Source: Eledone cirrhosa
Lineage: Eukaryota
DNA length: 64,000 bases
Direction: 5' to 3'
NCBI GenBank assembly: GCA_964016885.1
Contig: OZ024743.1
Location: forward strand, 73,222,001-73,286,000
Part shown: positions 59,074-64,000 of the stretch, one piece after another
Position numbering within the stretch: the stretch's first letter is position 1
Layout of the letters: the number at the start of each line of letters is the position of its first letter
Notes under the pieces: model-generated
Database searches by the model: none
Told to the model about the DNA's origin: nothing
What the model saw: the letters and a program-made list of their open reading frames with translations, nothing else
Program-made: the position numbers and the translations under genes

Positions 59074-59211
<138 letters not shown>

Positions 59212-59545
59212 GGCGTGCCTATGCGCGGAGATGCTAAAGACTAGACTACTGTAGATCTTTAAAGGCAGGAAAAAAAGTTGCCATCGGCTTCTCTGTAGTA
59301 TGTGGAAATTTTACCTCCTATGAGGGTCTTAAAAGCCATTTTATAATAGCATCTCCAGGCATGAGCCCACCGTTCTTTATATTTACTTTATCCCCTTAAT
59401 GCTTCGTAAAAGTCATAGAGAATGGCCACTTATATACTATACATGGATTTATATAAATGTGTGGGCGTGATATAAATCCGTATATCTTGTCTGATGACCC
59501 TGTGATAAACAGGCCTCACTATTCAGCTATGATGAAATAAATACT

Positions 59546-59594
<49 letters not shown>

Positions 59595-59599
<5 letters not shown>

Positions 59600-59786
59600 A
59601 AAAAGTATGACCCCGGTGGCAGAGCTCAAGCCGTTTTGACGGCTATTTCAGTCCAGAAATAGCCGTCGAAACGGCTTGAGCTCTGCCGTCGGGGTCATAC
59701 TTTTTCCTATTTCCCACTCTACTACCCTAAGTATTGAGTACTCTGGTGCGTTATGGTCCATCTGGTTACTTACCACATTTCCTTTG

Positions 59787-59790
<4 letters not shown>
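59595..59790 (+). mobile_element. Family B hairpin plus 80-nt tail in (TA)n
   Basis: Arms 59595-59649 and 59656-59710 contain the 3' half of the hammerhead (GAAA-CGGC..GCCG-TC-GGGGT). Confidence 0.85.
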
Positions 59791-59823
<33 letters not shown>

Positions 59824-60121
59824 TAACAGATTAAAGTTTAAGCAAAGATTTGCTGCTTAAACTTTAATCTGTTATTTTAATAAATATTGCTCTACGGTTC
59901 TTATATATTTGATATATATTTATCCTTATCGAGCCCTCTTTTGACTTTATTCTTCAGATTTATTATTATTTCTATATATAGGCAAAGTTAACCTCAAATC
60001 CCGCCGAGGTTAACTTAGCCTTTCATCCTTACGGGGTCGATAAAATAAAGTACCAGTAATGTACTGGTGAATTGATGGCCTTGTGCCAAAAGTAGAAACA
60101 ATTATTATTACTATATATATA

Positions 60122-60527
60122 TGTATGTATGTATAGTATATTTGGCAATATACCGTTTAATTAAATTATATCTGTTTAATTAAAAACATTTAGAAGACCA
60201 TACACTATCAGTTTTAAAATAGTGACTATGTGACTTACTTATTTTCGCCGAAAGAAGAGAGTGAAGCTGACTGTCTGTTTCACGCTGGTTGGCGTTCATC
60301 AGAGCCACGTACTTCCATGCTTTCACCGAAAATTATAGCAGCTGGATTCTTATAGAATTCCAGTAATAATCAGGAGCTGATTATGCAGAACGATTGTCGG
60401 TCCAGCAAAAATTAGGTATTAGGATTGGTGCTCTGAAATAGTGATGTATTCATGAATGTATGTATAGTATATTAGGCAATATACCGTATGTTTAATTAAA
60501 AACATTTTGAAGACCATACGCTATCAG

Positions 60528-60529
<2 letters not shown>
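60122..60529 (-). mobile_element. Family D retrozyme-like element, 1.2 tandem units of ~331 nt
   Basis: gtatagtatatt.ggcaatataccg at 60131 and 60462. One hammerhead per unit. (TA)n on both sides. Confidence 0.82.
60261..60308 (-). ncRNA. Type I hammerhead ribozyme, intact core
   Basis: Minus strand GTGGCT-CTGATGA-ACGC CAACCA GCGT-GAAA-C AGACA G-TC-AGCTTCAC. GUC cleavage. Confidence 0.9.
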
Positions 60530-60594
<65 letters not shown>

Positions 60595-61706
60595 CATAAT
60601 TTCCTTTGTTATTTTAAAATTTAAAACATTACGAGCCCACATCTTTCAGAATTATATTCGAAGGCTATATATCAATACTTAATGATATCAGACAAATGTA
60701 AATAATATATCTGATATGAAATCTGAAAGAATAAAGATACTCCATCACCCTCACAGCCAAATGTCTAATACCACAACCTAACTACAACTACGTTATTTGT
60801 TCAATTTACCAGTTTGCTTTTAAATCCCATATATTACACCAACAGCAGCTTTTAACTATTGTATGTTACATTAACACTATTTTTAAACTATCATATTGTT
60901 TTCTTGTATATTTCAGTAATCTTTATATCTGTTTGTGTTAGAACCTAATATAGTTCAAAGCATAGACACAAAACACTGCAATATAATTACAAATGTCTAC
61001 TATAGTGCACACACTCACAAACAACGCAACACACATGTATATATATATATATGGATATATATACGCACTCCCATAAATACGTACAGAGGCCAGATAGCAC
61101 ACACACACATAGAGACCCAGTCCCACAAATTCGCACAGAGGCCAGCACACACACACACATACACACACACACACACACACATGTATATATATATAAGAAT
61201 ATATATAAAAAAACATGAGAAGAAATAGGAATACTGCGTGGTTGCACATGGGTTACATATTATAAAATTAATCCCTCGTCAGTGATTTGCCAACCATCAT
61301 TGGTATTTCATCGCATTAAAAATCATATACCTCAGGTTGGTGCGAGCAATAACTAAAAAAAGCTATTGGGACAAGTGAGTCGCGTAAAGCGAGTGGGACA
61401 AGTAAACAACATAGAAGGATAAAAGCAAACCGAAGATAGGAAAAAAAACAAGCAACATGATTATCCGGTCAGCATAATCTGGGTGAATTTCATGAGCGTT
61501 CAGAATACAGACCGTCCGACGTGAGTGAGATGTGAGAAAGAAAGAAAGAACCCCACTACCAACGAAACGGGGGGAAGTGAGAAGGGGAGAAACAGAGAGT
61601 GAGTGGGTGGAAGTGCGAGGAAGAGGTCATATCTATATATATACACATTCCCATAAATACGTACAGAGGCCAGCACATACACACACACATGTATATATAT
61701 ATATAA

Positions 61707-61754
<48 letters not shown>

Positions 61755-62059
61755 TCCCATAAATACGTACAGACGCCAGCACGCACATATACACATACAC
61801 ACATACACACGCAGTCCCATAAATACGCATACATGCAAACACACACACACACATACACACACACACACACACACATACACACACATACACACACACATAC
61901 ACACACGCCCATAAACATGTACAGGACCAGTACTCACAAGTGTACACGCACACATACAGAAACAACGAACATGCTGTTACACGGATACATATACATACAC
62001 TCCCATAAATACGTACAGATGCCAGCACACACGTACACACACATATACACACATACAGA

Positions 62060-63120
62060 CGCACAGTCACACACACACACAGTTACACACACACACACGC
62101 ACAGTCACACAAACATAACACTACATACAGACAGTCACACACACAATCACACACAGTCACACACGCAGTCACACAAACCGTCACGCACACACAGTCACAC
62201 ACAGTCACACACCACACACAGTCACACACAGAGTCACACACACAGTCACACACACAGTCACACACAGTCACACGCACAATCACACACACAGTCACACACA
62301 CACATAATCACACACACAGTCACACACACACACAGTCACACACAGTCACACACACAGTCACACACACAGTCACACACAAACGTAATACTACATACACACA
62401 GTCACATACACAGTCACACACAGTCACACACACAATCACACACACAGTCACACACCCAATCACACACACAGTCACACACACAGTCACACACACAGTCACA
62501 AACACAGTCACACATAGTCACACACACAAAAACACACACAGTTACACACAGAGTCACACACACAAAAACACACACAGTCACACACACAATCACACACACA
62601 GTCACACACACAGAATCACACATACAGTCACACAAACAGTCACACACACACAGTCACACACACAATCACACACACAGTCACATACACAGTCACACACACA
62701 CAGTCACACACACAATCACACACACAGTCACACACAGTCACACACACAGTCACACAAACCGTCACACACACACAGTCACACACACAGAATCACACACACA
62801 GTCACACACACAGTCACACACTCAGTCACACACACACAGTCACACAAACAGTCACACACACACATTCACACAAACATAACACTACATACACACAATCACA
62901 CACACAGTCACACAGTCAAACACAATCACACACACAGTCACACACACACAGAATCACACGCACAATCACATACACAGTCACACACCACACACAGTCACAC
63001 ACACAATCACGCACACAGTCACACACACAATCACACACACAGTGACACACACAGTCACACAAACAGTCACACACACACAGTCACACAAGCATTCACACAC
63101 ACAAACATAACACTACATAC
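62060..63120. repeat. (CACACAGT/CACACACAAT)-type degenerate satellite
   Basis: About 1 kb of 8-12 bp CA-rich units. Confidence 0.92.
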
Positions 63121-63551
63121 AGAATCCTACGAAAAACAAAAAAATATTATTCAAAAATTTCACATGTTTCATTTCATGTATTGTTGTGTCGTCTTTTTTT
63201 CAATTTAATTTCAATAAAAAACATTTCTTTCATCAAACTCTCGTTAAAATATAGGAAACCATTTACTTTCAGAATGTATAACCTTTTGCTCTCGAGTGAA
63301 ATTAAACCTGAAATTAGAGACTACGAATTAGAATAGACAAGTGATCATGTTATAAAGACAATTGGCTCAGTTCAGTAATGGCGGCCAACTCCCGCTCGTA
63401 ACAGGAAATTAATGAGCTATCAGGAGCTTATTAGTAAAAATATGGTTTACGTTAAGCTTTCATAACAATGGATACAGAAATTGTGTTCGTATGAAATAAT
63501 TTCATGCATATGCAAGTGTCTGTGTTTGTGTATATGTATGTCTGCATGTGT

Positions 63552-63612
<61 letters not shown>

Positions 63613-63733
63613 TGTGTGTGTGAGAGAGAGAGACATTCTGTCTGTATGCAATTGTTTATGCATTTACGAGAGTCTCTCTCAGCGTTTATCTGTTTAATTC
63701 ATGGGTGTTAACTTATAATTATGCAAAGCTAAG

Positions 63734-63802
<69 letters not shown>

Positions 63803-64000
63803 TGTGTGTCTGTTTGTGTATGTATGTGTGTGTTACCAAAAATGTGACTGTTATCCTGTGCAACATTTTTACTTGATTTGTCTCATATATTCTCATAGGA
63901 CGTTCACAGCTCGTTGGAAACGAGAAAGTTTCTAAATGCATAATTTAATTGACGTTTCTAGATTTATAAAGTCACATTTGCTGTTATTTATAAATGTATT

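Noticed and set aside
59487-59546. CTGATGA..GAAA hammerhead candidate
   Set aside because: A stem II-like hairpin is present but stem I cannot be formed.

Overview
AT-rich, microsatellite-saturated eukaryotic DNA. The SINE types and repeat content suggest a coleoid cephalopod, most likely Octopus (inference). Most ORFs in the supplied track are simple-repeat artefacts. Real coding remnants are three Penelope-like element (PLE) RT/GIY-YIG fragments (Naiad-like), Tx1-, R4/Dong-, RTE- and CRE-like LINE ends, and a few candidate host exons. The main signal is at least ten families of short non-coding inserts, dissimilar by eye, in (TA)n tracts. Most show several of these features: (i) a type I hammerhead ribozyme, often with a palindromic stem III (about 16 loci; five with an intact canonical core, one with a compensatory U3-A8 core); (ii) outward-facing inverted arms, one ending at a fixed internal UA-rich site and the other running through a 70-120 nt tail; (iii) a covarying bulged hairpin RCUC-stem-NN-GAGY starting 2-8 nt after that internal site; (iv) head-to-tail, circularly permuted units of about 210-545 nt. 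I read this as a PLE/retrozyme system with a shared RT-recruiting RNA element and two-site priming on (TA)n breaks. All folds and alignments were done by eye and need computational confirmation.
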